From: Candidatus Zixiibacteriota bacterium
GTDB lineage: Bacteria; Zixibacteria; MSB-5A5; GN15; JAAZOE01
DNA: 64,000 nucleotides
Assembly (NCBI GenBank): GCA_043819555.1
Contig: JBDREQ010000073.1
Location: 233,950 to 297,949 of the forward strand
Direction: 5' to 3'
Shown here: positions 40,537-49,980 of the stretch, in pieces
How positions within the stretch are numbered: position 1 is the stretch's first letter
How the letters are laid out: every line of letters begins with the position of its first letter
Program-made: the position numbers and the translations under genes
The notes under the pieces: model-generated
What the model saw: only the letters and a program-made list of their open reading frames with translations
Told to the model about the DNA's origin: nothing
Database searches by the model: none

Positions 40537-42669
40537 ATGATTAAAAATGAAATGAAATATTCCGGAGTCAATAAACCATTTTTTGCGCGTCCCGTTTTTT
40601 GGATTACAATTTTTATACTGCTGTTATGCCTTTGGGGGGGTCGAAGAACATACAGCATATACGAGAATGAACTGCCCTCTATTGAAGAAGTGTATAATAT
40701 CGAACCGCCGCTTAAGACAAAAATCTATGCCGCCGACGGCATGGTCCTTCAGGAATTCTATAACCAAAACAGAGTTTTGACGCCGTATGCTGAAATGCCT
40801 CCCCATTTAATTCAAATGCTTATCTCGGTTGAGGATCAACAGTTTTACGATCATTGGGGGATAAATCTGCGCAGGATTTTTGTGGTCGCCGCCAACAATC
40901 TTTTAAAAATGAGAATCGAAGCCGGTGCATCGACTATTACCCAGCAACTGGCTCGAATGTTATTTTTAAATAGAAAACAAACCTTCGAAAGAAAATTCAA
41001 GGAAGCCTTAACCGCCATTAAGATTGAAAGAACTTATTCCAAAAATGAAATCCTGGAGATGTATCTTAACCTTTATTATTTTCATCGGGCCTATGGAATT
41101 TCATCAGCCGCGCATGCTTTCTTTCATAAAAACGCCTCAGAGCTTTCTATAAGCGACTGCGCCATTCTATTAGGTATGCTTAAAGGACCGACCATAAACT
41201 CGCCGTTTAATAATCCCGATAAATCTCTTCAGGCCCGAAACCGCGTCCTATATGCATTTTATGCGAACGGCGGAATTACCGAGGAAATTTTCGATTCCCT
41301 CAGGGCTTTGCCGCTGGAATTATCTCCTCCCGAGGTTGAACCGGGCAAAGCCCCTTATTTTACCGAATATGTCCGGCAGTATATCGAGCAAACCTATGGC
41401 ATCGATAAACTATACAATGGCGGTCTTCAGGTTTACACTACGCTTGATTGGGACCTCCAGCAAGTTGCCGAATCAGCAATTGTAGCACATTTGGATTCGT
41501 TGCAAAAAAAGATCGAATCCCGGCACTTAATTACCGATCCGATTTATACCGAAATCTTACCCGATTCCCTTGATCAAAACGGAGACAGTATCCGAGTTTA
41601 CAAGAAAGTTCAGGGAGCCGCCATCTCAATCGATAATAAAACCGGAAATATTTTAACCATGGTTGGCGGTAAAGATTTTTCAGAAAGCAAATTCAATCGC
41701 GCCGTTCAAGCGCCCCGGCAACCCGGTTCGGCCTTTAAGCCCTTTATTTATACTGCGGCTATGGACAATGGCTGGACCCCTGACTCAATCGTTTATGATA
41801 ATTCAATCGTTCTTGATATACCGGGAACGGAAAATTGGCGGCCTCATAATTTTGACGATAAATATCTTGGCCGTATGACCCTTCGCACCGGTTTTAAAAA
41901 ATCGAGAAATATGGTTGCCACTAAACTTCTACTGAAAATCAGACCCGAATTGGCTGTCTATTATGCCCAGCAGATGGGTATCAAAAGCAATCTCCGAGCC
42001 GTTCCTTCTCTGGCGATGGGTTCAAGCGAAGTGTTTCTCGATGAATTGACTTCGGCATATTCCGTTTTCCCCAATGGCGGGATAAAAAATGCACCCAGAT
42101 TTATCTTAAAAATTATTGATCGTTACGATAATATTTTGGAAGATAATTCATCAATAAGAAAAGAAGAGGTCCTCTCGGCAGAAACAGCCTATATTATGGT
42201 CAATATGATGCAATCGGTTATGGAACCGGGCGGGACCGGATATAATGCGCGCTGGCTGGGATTTACCCGTCCGGCCGGAGGTAAAACCGGAACCTCCAAC
42301 GATTTTCGTGATAATTGGTATATTGGCTATACCCCCCAAATCACATCTGGCGTATGGGTTGGTTTTGATGAATTTATTTCCCTCGGCTATAATATGACCG
42401 GGTCGGCCAATGCTCTCCCAATCTGGACAAAAATCATGCTCGCCGCCCATCGGGATTTGCCCGTTGAGGACTTTGAAATCCCACCCGATATAATCTTCCA
42501 GAATATTTGTGAAGAAAGCGGCAAAATCGCAACCGATTTTTGCGCCCATGTTATCGAAGAAACCTATACAATTATGACTGTGCCCACCGATAGCTGCAAT
42601 CTCTGTACCAGTCGTACTAAACGGCAAAACGATAACCAGTCGGATTCAACACAATCAATCCGGTTTTAA
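40537..42669 (+). CDS. Class A penicillin-binding protein 1A (transglycosylase-transpeptidase)
   Basis: EDQQFYDH, GASTITQQLAR and RKFKE (GT51 domain); SAFK, SRN and KTG (transpeptidase domain). Confidence 0.94.
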   Translation: MIKNEMKYSGVNKPFFARPVFWITIFILLLCLWGGRRTYSIYENELPSIEEVYNIEPPLKTKIYAADGMVLQEFYNQNRVLTPYAEMPPHLIQMLISVEDQQFYDHWGINLRRIFVVAANNLLKMRIEAGASTITQQLARMLFLNRKQTFERKFKEALTAIKIERTYSKNEILEMYLNLYYFHRAYGISSAAHAFFHKNASELSISDCAILLGMLKGPTINSPFNNPDKSLQARNRVLYAFYANGGITEEIFDSLRALPLELSPPEVEPGKAPYFTEYVRQYIEQTYGIDKLYNGGLQVYTTLDWDLQQVAESAIVAHLDSLQKKIESRHLITDPIYTEILPDSLDQNGDSIRVYKKVQGAAISIDNKTGNILTMVGGKDFSESKFNRAVQAPRQPGSAFKPFIYTAAMDNGWTPDSIVYDNSIVLDIPGTENWRPHNFDDKYLGRMTLRTGFKKSRNMVATKLLLKIRPELAVYYAQQMGIKSNLRAVPSLAMGSSEVFLDELTSAYSVFPNGGIKNAPRFILKIIDRYDNILEDNSSIRKEEVLSAETAYIMVNMMQSVMEPGGTGYNARWLGFTRPAGGKTGTSNDFRDNWYIGYTPQITSGVWVGFDEFISLGYNMTGSANALPIWTKIMLAAHRDLPVEDFEIPPDIIFQNICEESGKIATDFCAHVIEETYTIMTVPTDSCNLCTSRTKRQNDNQSDSTQSIRF

Positions 42670-42883
42670 TCTTGCCTGATTATTTTTCTGAACTTTGGAT
42701 ACCCTTCTTTACATGGTTTTGGGCGGCAGACGTTCTACCTTGCTCCGAACCAACGCACTCTCTATTCAATAGTCACGCTTCATACAATATTTTTATCATC
42801 TGTTCGAATTCTTCTGATAAAGCATGGGAAATTATTCCTTGACAATATATGTCTTGCGTGATTAATTTGGCGCTTACGAAAGT

Positions 42884-42967
42884 GCCGGAGTGGTGAAACT
42901 GGTAGACGCAGAGGACTCAAAATCCTCCGGTGGCAACACTGTGTCGGTTCGAGTCCGACCTCCGGCA
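42884..42967 (+). tRNA. tRNA-Leu(CAA), CCA not encoded
   Basis: GCCGGAG/CTCCGGC acceptor stem; GAGGA-CT-CAA-AA-TCCTC anticodon arm; long variable arm; GTTCGAGT T-loop. Confidence 0.95.
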
Positions 42968-42996
42968 TTTATTAAATTCCCCAGGAAAATAAACCG

Positions 42997-44346
42997 CTAT
43001 TTACATTCACACGGACCACTTCCGCCGCGAAATATATGATTTATCATCCAGACGGCATCGGAAATGTTAACACTCTCATCGCAATTGACATTACCCGCCT
43101 GAATCGGTTCCGGTGCCGGGCCGCCTCTGAAAATATGATTTATTAGAAAAACCGCATCAGATATATTTACACGCCCATCGTTATTAGCGTCCCCGCATAT
43201 ATATTCTATGATTTTCGTTAAGTAAAAACTTGAACCGTTCACAAACGACGAACTCGTGCCAACCATAGCATAGCCGCCGTCGGCCGTCGCGACGACGGAT
43301 CTCCCATGATCATCCTGGGAGCCTCCAACTGTGTAAACCCAAATTATATCGCCGTCAGAATCTAATTTAATAAAACTGTGATCCCGCCGATGTGAAGTCA
43401 CCCAAACCCACCCCCCAACCATTAATCCGGCGTCAAGAGTCGGTGTAATCGAATAGTTCTTTTCATTTGTAAAATACTGTGATATTGATTTCGACCAGAC
43501 CGTATTTCCACTAAAATCAACCTTTAACACATGTCCGGCCGCATGGACCTGCCCCGTCAAAACTAAACCATCTTCAACCAAACACGCCCCGTTCATTTCA
43601 TCGTAAAAATCGGATAGGACATAAGTCGAATCCCACAATACGGCTCCCCCTGCATTCGTTCTAAAAACTCTATAATCATAACCTGAAGTATAAACCTGAT
43701 CATTGTGACCGGCTACGATAAATCCATTATCCGGCATTTGGGCAATAAATCTTCCGTCCTCATATCCATAATCACCGTAAATCTGAGCCCAGACATAACC
43801 TCCATTTTTATCCAATTTTAAAATAAACGCCTCATTATTGTATGAGATGTTTATTACGCCCGTTATCGCAAAACCAGTATCGCTGGTTTGAACCGCACAG
43901 TAAGGAAATCCATTGCCGTCCAATTGAGTCAGTGGAAAAGTCCAATCTACAATTCCCGCCGCGTCAGTTTTAACAATCCAGACTCTGCCATCGAACGGTT
44001 CCGAAAAGTTATCGCTCTGTGCGCTGACCAAATAACCGCCATCGAAAGTCTGTATGACATGAAAACCGGCCGCATTATCGCCCTCGCCTATTAGAATCGA
44101 CCATGCGACTTCGCCATCGCGATCGGTTTTTATAAGATTTATATCATGTTGCACTTCGCCTTCGGCTTTTGAAGTCCCCACCATAACAAAGCCGCTGTCA
44201 AATGTCTCCTGAATGCAGTTTACCGAATCAAAATATCCATTCCAGTAAATCCTTGTCCAGGAAGTATCGACATTCTGGGCGTACGAAATCTGAAGTGACA
44301 GAAACATTACTACAATTATCATGAATAATTTGAATGTGACTCTCAT
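42997..44346 (-). CDS. Secreted beta-propeller-repeat protein with a C-terminal dockerin-like domain
   Basis: Signal peptide; repeated T.DGG(Y/F)...G / K.D..G...W blades; CGDANNDGRVNISDAVFLINHIFRGGPAP...GNVNCDESVNISDAVWMINHIFRGG. ATG 44346 follows aggag. Confidence 0.82.
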   Translation of the reverse strand: MRVTFKLFMIIVVMFLSLQISYAQNVDTSWTRIYWNGYFDSVNCIQETFDSGFVMVGTSKAEGEVQHDINLIKTDRDGEVAWSILIGEGDNAAGFHVIQTFDGGYLVSAQSDNFSEPFDGRVWIVKTDAAGIVDWTFPLTQLDGNGFPYCAVQTSDTGFAITGVINISYNNEAFILKLDKNGGYVWAQIYGDYGYEDGRFIAQMPDNGFIVAGHNDQVYTSGYDYRVFRTNAGGAVLWDSTYVLSDFYDEMNGACLVEDGLVLTGQVHAAGHVLKVDFSGNTVWSKSISQYFTNEKNYSITPTLDAGLMVGGWVWVTSHRRDHSFIKLDSDGDIIWVYTVGGSQDDHGRSVVATADGGYAMVGTSSSFVNGSSFYLTKIIEYICGDANNDGRVNISDAVFLINHIFRGGPAPEPIQAGNVNCDESVNISDAVWMINHIFRGGSGPCECK

Positions 44347-44440
44347 AAACAAACTCCTAACCCCCATATTGCCCTCCAAGTATATGTTAGTGTTTTAAAT
44401 ATATGGCAAAGTAAAAATATGTCAATAAGTCAATTTTTAG

Positions 44441-46078
44441 TCAATAACCGGAACAACAGCCATCTTTCCGAGGGTCTGAACCTCCAAAATATCGAAGGGG
44501 ATTATCTTCTCGCCAAATGCCTTGGTACCCGCCATAAACACCCTTTTCCGGCAAAATTCGGTGCCCTAAATCTTCAAGTCTTTGCTTAATGCGTTCGGGA
44601 ATATCCCGCTCCAATCCAATCATTCCGCCGTTGCTTGATTTTATCCCCGTCGGTGTCGAACTTCCAAAATGACAGATCCGGGGTTGCTCCCCGGCCTGCT
44701 GGGGTGACATGCCAAAATCAATTATATTCATCAATATTTGTGCATGCCCCTGAGGTTGAAAATCGCCGCCCATAACTCCGAAAGAAAATACCGGCTTTCC
44801 ATTTTGCGTGACAAATCCCGGCATAATTGTATTGAATGGTCTCTTATGAGGTTCATATTTATTAATATCATCGGGATCAAGCGAAAATAGCTGCCCCCTG
44901 TTTTGAAGAGCAAATCCCAGTTTATCCGGCACCATATGCGACCCAAAACCATAATAAATACTCTGAATGAGCGAGATCATATTTCCCTCATTATCAGCGG
45001 CAGTCAGATACACAGTATCCGACATACGATCTGGGATTCCCGATAATAATTGTTCTGATGCTCTTTGCGGATTAATTAACCTGGCTCTTTCTTTTGCATA
45101 TTCTATGGAAAGTAATTTCTCCAGAGGGATTTTAGCAAAATCCATATCGGCATAATATCTGGCCCGGTCTTCATAAACCAATTTCGTGGCCTCGATCAAT
45201 AGATGTAAATGTTCAGCCGAATTTGGTTTCAGAGATTCAATTTCAAAATATTCCAGTATATTCAAAATCTGCAGCGCCGCTATCCCCTGGCAATTGGGAG
45301 GCAACTCCCAAATATCATATTCTCCATATTTCGTTGTAACCGGATCAATCCATTCTATCTTGTGTTCATTAAAATCTTTCAATGAAAGATATCCGCCATT
45401 GGCCTCCGAAAAGCCAACTATCATCTCAGCAATTTCTCCCTGATAGAACGACTCCAGCCCATCTCTCAATAATAATTTATAAAAATCAGCAAGTCCTTTA
45501 TTCCTGAACAAATCACCAAAACCTGGCCTTTTCCCCTCGGGAGCAAATGTCTCAGTCACCGATTCATACTCGGTTGAATCGATCGCTTTCCAGTTTTGAG
45601 ATATGACCTCCGAAACCGGAAATCCATCATCGGCATAGGTAATTGCCGCTTCAAATAATTTATCATAATCAAGCTTCGCGAATTTTGTTCGTAATGCCTC
45701 CCACCCGCTGACGCATCCGGGAACGCTCCATGATAATGGTCCATACAGAGGAATTTCTTTTATTCCCAATTTCTGAAAATCGGATATATTCAGATTAAAG
45801 GGTGATCGCCCGCTGGCGTTGAGTCCATAGAGTTTCTTCTCTTTTTCAATCCAGGTAATTGCGAATAAATCACCCCCCGGCCCGCAACTCATCGGTTCCA
45901 CAACGCCCAATACGGCATTGGCACAAATCACGGCATCAATGGCATTTCCGCCCGATTTAAGAATATCAATCCCAGCCATGCTGGCCAAAGGCTGACTGGT
46001 ACAGACAATACCATTTCGGCATACGATCGCCGACCTGTTCTGATTCCTATTTTTCAATATGTTCTTATCAATCATCAT
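44441..46078 (-). CDS. ggt: Gamma-glutamyltransferase family (Ntn hydrolase), no signal peptide
   Basis: GGNAIDA, NASGRSP, LPPNCQG, DTVY autocleavage site, KRPFNT, GVMGG and SDPRKDG. Confidence 0.9.
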   Translation of the reverse strand: MMIDKNILKNRNQNRSAIVCRNGIVCTSQPLASMAGIDILKSGGNAIDAVICANAVLGVVEPMSCGPGGDLFAITWIEKEKKLYGLNASGRSPFNLNISDFQKLGIKEIPLYGPLSWSVPGCVSGWEALRTKFAKLDYDKLFEAAITYADDGFPVSEVISQNWKAIDSTEYESVTETFAPEGKRPGFGDLFRNKGLADFYKLLLRDGLESFYQGEIAEMIVGFSEANGGYLSLKDFNEHKIEWIDPVTTKYGEYDIWELPPNCQGIAALQILNILEYFEIESLKPNSAEHLHLLIEATKLVYEDRARYYADMDFAKIPLEKLLSIEYAKERARLINPQRASEQLLSGIPDRMSDTVYLTAADNEGNMISLIQSIYYGFGSHMVPDKLGFALQNRGQLFSLDPDDINKYEPHKRPFNTIMPGFVTQNGKPVFSFGVMGGDFQPQGHAQILMNIIDFGMSPQQAGEQPRICHFGSSTPTGIKSSNGGMIGLERDIPERIKQRLEDLGHRILPEKGVYGGYQGIWREDNPLRYFGGSDPRKDGCCSGY

Positions 46079-46147
46079 TTGATTATCTTTATTTCTCCAT
46101 ATAAAAACATTACTATGGTAAGGCCGGCGCAGAATGAACTAATTAAA

Positions 46148-48943
46148 TCAGGACGATGGCTTCTTATCCTTTTTCTTCAATTCCCGAAGTACTTTTTCGG
46201 CGGTAATGGGTAGGTCCTTTATTTGAATACCGATGGCATCATAAATGGCATTGGCAATGGCGCCGATAACCGGCAGCGTTGATCCTTCACCAACTTCCTT
46301 TGCCCCAAACGGCCCTTGCGGCTCGTACGATTCAACAATATTACTGTCAATAGGCGGAACATCTTTGGCGGTTGGAATCAGATAATCATGCAGGTTGGGG
46401 TTTAATATCCGTCCCATACCATCAAATTGCATATCTTCCAGAAGAGTTTCCCCCAGCATCATAGCGATGGCTCCCTCCGCTTGTCCCTCAACTGCCATTG
46501 GATTAATTGGCGTCCCGACATCATGAGCATCGGTAAACTTGACAACTTTCACCTGTCCTGTCTCAACATCGACCTCGACCTCACAGACGCAGGCAGTAAA
46601 TGAATAGGCTGGCGATGTGCCCACAGTTGCGCCCTTAAAATTTCCGCCCAAGCCTTCCGGAGGAGAATAATGTCCCTTCCCCAATAATGGCCCGTTTGTC
46701 CCAAAGTATTTTGCCGCTACATCGTGCCATGCAATCCAATTATTCTCATTGTTTTTTTCGAAAACTTGGTTTTTCCTGATTTCGATTTTGTCAATCGGCA
46801 ATTCCATCATTTCCGAAGCAGTCGTTATCATTTGCCTTTTAACATCTTCACCGGCCATTTTGGCGGCATTGCCGCCCATAAGCGTAACTCGTGACGAATA
46901 TGACCCGAATCCCAGAGGTGTTAAATCTGTATCGGCATATACAATCTTAATCTTATCAAATGTTATTCCAAGAGCTTCGGCCGCTATCTGCGGCAAAACC
47001 GTCGATGAGCCCTGCCCAATTTCTGTCTCTCCTGTGTACAAAGTTACGGTATATCCATCCTCGCTGACCTTGATAACGGCGTTTGAATGAGGAAACTTCG
47101 AGCGATAAATCGGATAACCGGCGCCGCTGACAAAACCGCCACAACCAATACCGATGCCCCTGCCAAAAGGCATCTTCCCCCACTTTTCATCCCAACCACT
47201 TCGTTCACGAACGGTCTCAAGGCACGCCTTCAATTCACATGATCCGATATCAAGATCATTGATAGTCCTGGTATCGGGATCCATGGCGTTTTTCATTCTA
47301 ACATCAATAGGGTCCAGATCCAGTTCAACCGCCATTCTGGTCATTAAACTTTCAAAAGCGAACCGGGGGTGCGGACAACCATGCCCTCGCATAGCCCCGC
47401 AAGCCGGTAAATTTGTATTTATTCTATAACCATCAAATTTGAAGTTGGGCAATTTATACAGAGTCGGTACCATTGCTCCAGCATAATAAACCGCTACAAC
47501 ACCATAAGACGTATACGCACCGCCTTCTAAAATAGCTTTCTCTTTGACAGCTGTAATTGTACCATCCTTTTTCATACCGATTTTCAAATCGATAATCTGC
47601 TTGTGACGGCCGCGGCAATGATGAAACATTTCCGAGCGAGTATAACGCATTTTTACTGGCTGGCCACATTTTTTTGATAACAACGCCGCGCAAATTTCCA
47701 ATGGATTCGTTTCAGCTTTTCCGCCAAAACCACCGCCGCAATAGGTTCCGATAATCCTGATATCGCCATCGGGAATGTCCAAAAGCCGCGATAATTGATA
47801 ACGCACATAATGGACCACCTGTGATGTTGTATAAACCGTAACCCGTCCGTCTCCATCCCATTCGGCGACGGCGCAATGCGGTTCCATCGGGCTCTGATAG
47901 GTGCGATTACCGGTATATAAATCGGACATCACCAGGTCGGCTTCTTCAAATCCCTTCTCCACATCACCAAAATCCCAATCAACTCGAGTATTGATATTAT
48001 TGGGATATTTCTCATGGACAATCGGAGCGCCCTCTTTCATGGCTTCAATCGGATCAAAAACCGGCGTTAATTCCTCATATTCAACTTCAATCAACTCCAT
48101 TGCTTTCTGGCATGTCTCTTCATCGATCGCTGCGATGGCAGCTAATTCATCACCCACATGGCGTACTTTTTCTTTAGCCAGAATATACTCATCGTAACGT
48201 GCCGGACTGACACCATACATCGTGTCGGTTACGTCGGCTCCAGTTAGAATAGCTTTGACACCATCCAGTTTGAGGGCCTTACTAACATCAATACTTTTTA
48301 TTCTTGCATGAGCATATGGACTCGTCAGAATTTTACCCCAAAGCATATTAGGTAATTTGATATCGTCAGGATATTTGGCTCGTCCGGTAACTTTTTCAAA
48401 TGCGTCTTTTCTGGAGAATCTTCCGCCGACTACTTCTCTGCCTTCCGGTAATGTTACCGTCCGATTGACATTCTCTTTATATTTTTTCCAATGTTGAATA
48501 GCCTCCACGATTTTCGTGTATCCGGTACATCGGCACAGTGTTCCGCTCAATGCCTCCCTGATTTCATCTTCAGTAGGATCAGGATTTTTATCAAGTAATG
48601 CCTTAGTTGTCAAAACCATTGCAGGAGTACAAAAACCGCATTGAATGGCTCCCTCTTCAATAAAAGCGCGTTGAACCGGATGAAGCTTATTGCCGTCCGC
48701 CAGCCCTTCAATTGTAACGATATTTTTGCCCTCTGCTTCCAGTGCAAGCATCAAACAAGTATTAGTCGGCTTATTATCCACCAGTACCGTACATGCTCCG
48801 CAATCACCGGCGCCGCACCCTTGTTTGACTCCGGTTAATCCGATACGTTCGCGTAAAACTTCAAGAAGCGTAGTCTTGCCTGTTACCGGAACGGTGTAAT
48901 TATTTCCGTTTATTTTAAGCTCGATTAAATATTTTTTGGCCAT
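46148..48943 (-). CDS. Xanthine-oxidase-family molybdoprotein with a fused N-terminal 2x[2Fe-2S] domain
   Basis: GCGAGDCGACT, QCGFCTP and CRCTGY; GGGFGGK, AMRGHG, SSRVT and GAKEVGEG. Confidence 0.92.
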   Translation of the reverse strand: MAKKYLIELKINGNNYTVPVTGKTTLLEVLRERIGLTGVKQGCGAGDCGACTVLVDNKPTNTCLMLALEAEGKNIVTIEGLADGNKLHPVQRAFIEEGAIQCGFCTPAMVLTTKALLDKNPDPTEDEIREALSGTLCRCTGYTKIVEAIQHWKKYKENVNRTVTLPEGREVVGGRFSRKDAFEKVTGRAKYPDDIKLPNMLWGKILTSPYAHARIKSIDVSKALKLDGVKAILTGADVTDTMYGVSPARYDEYILAKEKVRHVGDELAAIAAIDEETCQKAMELIEVEYEELTPVFDPIEAMKEGAPIVHEKYPNNINTRVDWDFGDVEKGFEEADLVMSDLYTGNRTYQSPMEPHCAVAEWDGDGRVTVYTTSQVVHYVRYQLSRLLDIPDGDIRIIGTYCGGGFGGKAETNPLEICAALLSKKCGQPVKMRYTRSEMFHHCRGRHKQIIDLKIGMKKDGTITAVKEKAILEGGAYTSYGVVAVYYAGAMVPTLYKLPNFKFDGYRINTNLPACGAMRGHGCPHPRFAFESLMTRMAVELDLDPIDVRMKNAMDPDTRTINDLDIGSCELKACLETVRERSGWDEKWGKMPFGRGIGIGCGGFVSGAGYPIYRSKFPHSNAVIKVSEDGYTVTLYTGETEIGQGSSTVLPQIAAEALGITFDKIKIVYADTDLTPLGFGSYSSRVTLMGGNAAKMAGEDVKRQMITTASEMMELPIDKIEIRKNQVFEKNNENNWIAWHDVAAKYFGTNGPLLGKGHYSPPEGLGGNFKGATVGTSPAYSFTACVCEVEVDVETGQVKVVKFTDAHDVGTPINPMAVEGQAEGAIAMMLGETLLEDMQFDGMGRILNPNLHDYLIPTAKDVPPIDSNIVESYEPQGPFGAKEVGEGSTLPVIGAIANAIYDAIGIQIKDLPITAEKVLRELKKKDKKPSS

Positions 48944-48962
48944 TTTCTCGTCAAATCCATTT

Positions 48963-49826
48963 CTATTTTAATTCAATCAATTCGCGTGCCCGGCTTAATG
49001 CCCGGACTGTCAAAACCTTGATCAGATCCCGTCGATATTCATCACTCCCACGCAAATCAGTAATCGGCATGGCTTCATCGCTTGCAATCTGAGCCGCAGA
49101 AGAAATAGCATTATCATTTATCCGTTTACCCGCCAATGATTCTCCCGCTTTTCTTGCGACAAGCGGTATCGGAGCCACAGACCCCATGACAATTCGTGAT
49201 TCCCGGCAAACGTTACCGTCAGTTTCGATATACGCCGCGACGCTTGCCACCGCCAAAGAATTGGCCGCCCGGCGTCGAAACTTTTGATAATTCCCTGCCG
49301 CGTTCGGTGGTTTCATTGGAATAATAATCCGGGTTAATATTTCATTTTCTTTTCGGATCGTCTGCCTATTGCCAACAAAATATTTTTCAAGAGGCACCTT
49401 GCGCCGCCCATTAACCGAAGCCAATTCCACTTCAGCTCCAAGAGAAATCAACACTGGCGGAAAATCTCCGCATGGTACGGCGCTGCAAATATTACCCGCT
49501 ATCGTGGCGCGGTTGCGAATTTGAGGCGATGCAAACTTCACTACCATTCTTGATAGTTCAGGCATATGTTCATTTACCTGTGGCGATTTTTCTATCTCCG
49601 CGGCGGTGCATCCCGCTCCAATAATAATTGAATTATCTTGCCTGTAGATTTTTCGTAATTCCTCTAAATCTGAAATGGAAATGATATTTTCCGCCAGACG
49701 CAACCCCGAATCAATATCAACAACCAGATCCGTACCGCCGGCCAGGATACAGGAATTAGGCAATTCTTCAAGTAGCCTGCAGGCGTCTTCTACACTTCCC
49801 GCTCTGTAATAATCATAATTATTCAT
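48963..49826 (-). CDS. FAD-binding subunit (CoxM/XdhB-like) of the molybdoenzyme
   Basis: AGGTDL, ASPQIRNRATIAGN and DLRGSDEYR. Confidence 0.92.
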   Translation of the reverse strand: MNNYDYYRAGSVEDACRLLEELPNSCILAGGTDLVVDIDSGLRLAENIISISDLEELRKIYRQDNSIIIGAGCTAAEIEKSPQVNEHMPELSRMVVKFASPQIRNRATIAGNICSAVPCGDFPPVLISLGAEVELASVNGRRKVPLEKYFVGNRQTIRKENEILTRIIIPMKPPNAAGNYQKFRRRAANSLAVASVAAYIETDGNVCRESRIVMGSVAPIPLVARKAGESLAGKRINDNAISSAAQIASDEAMPITDLRGSDEYRRDLIKVLTVRALSRARELIELK

Positions 49827-49980
49827 AAATAGAAATCCATCGCAAGAACTTTTTATTTAAGATTTTCGTTTTCAATTTCTAAATCCTTGATGCAATATAA
49901 ATGGTCCGGTATTGGATGGCAAATGATATATGTTAACCTATAAATTCGGCTATGCGAAGAAAAAAATACGCAGGCTAAAT

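Noticed and set aside
42780..42968. 62-aa ORF (MPEVGLEPT...)
   Set aside because: Typical antisense translation of tRNA-Leu.
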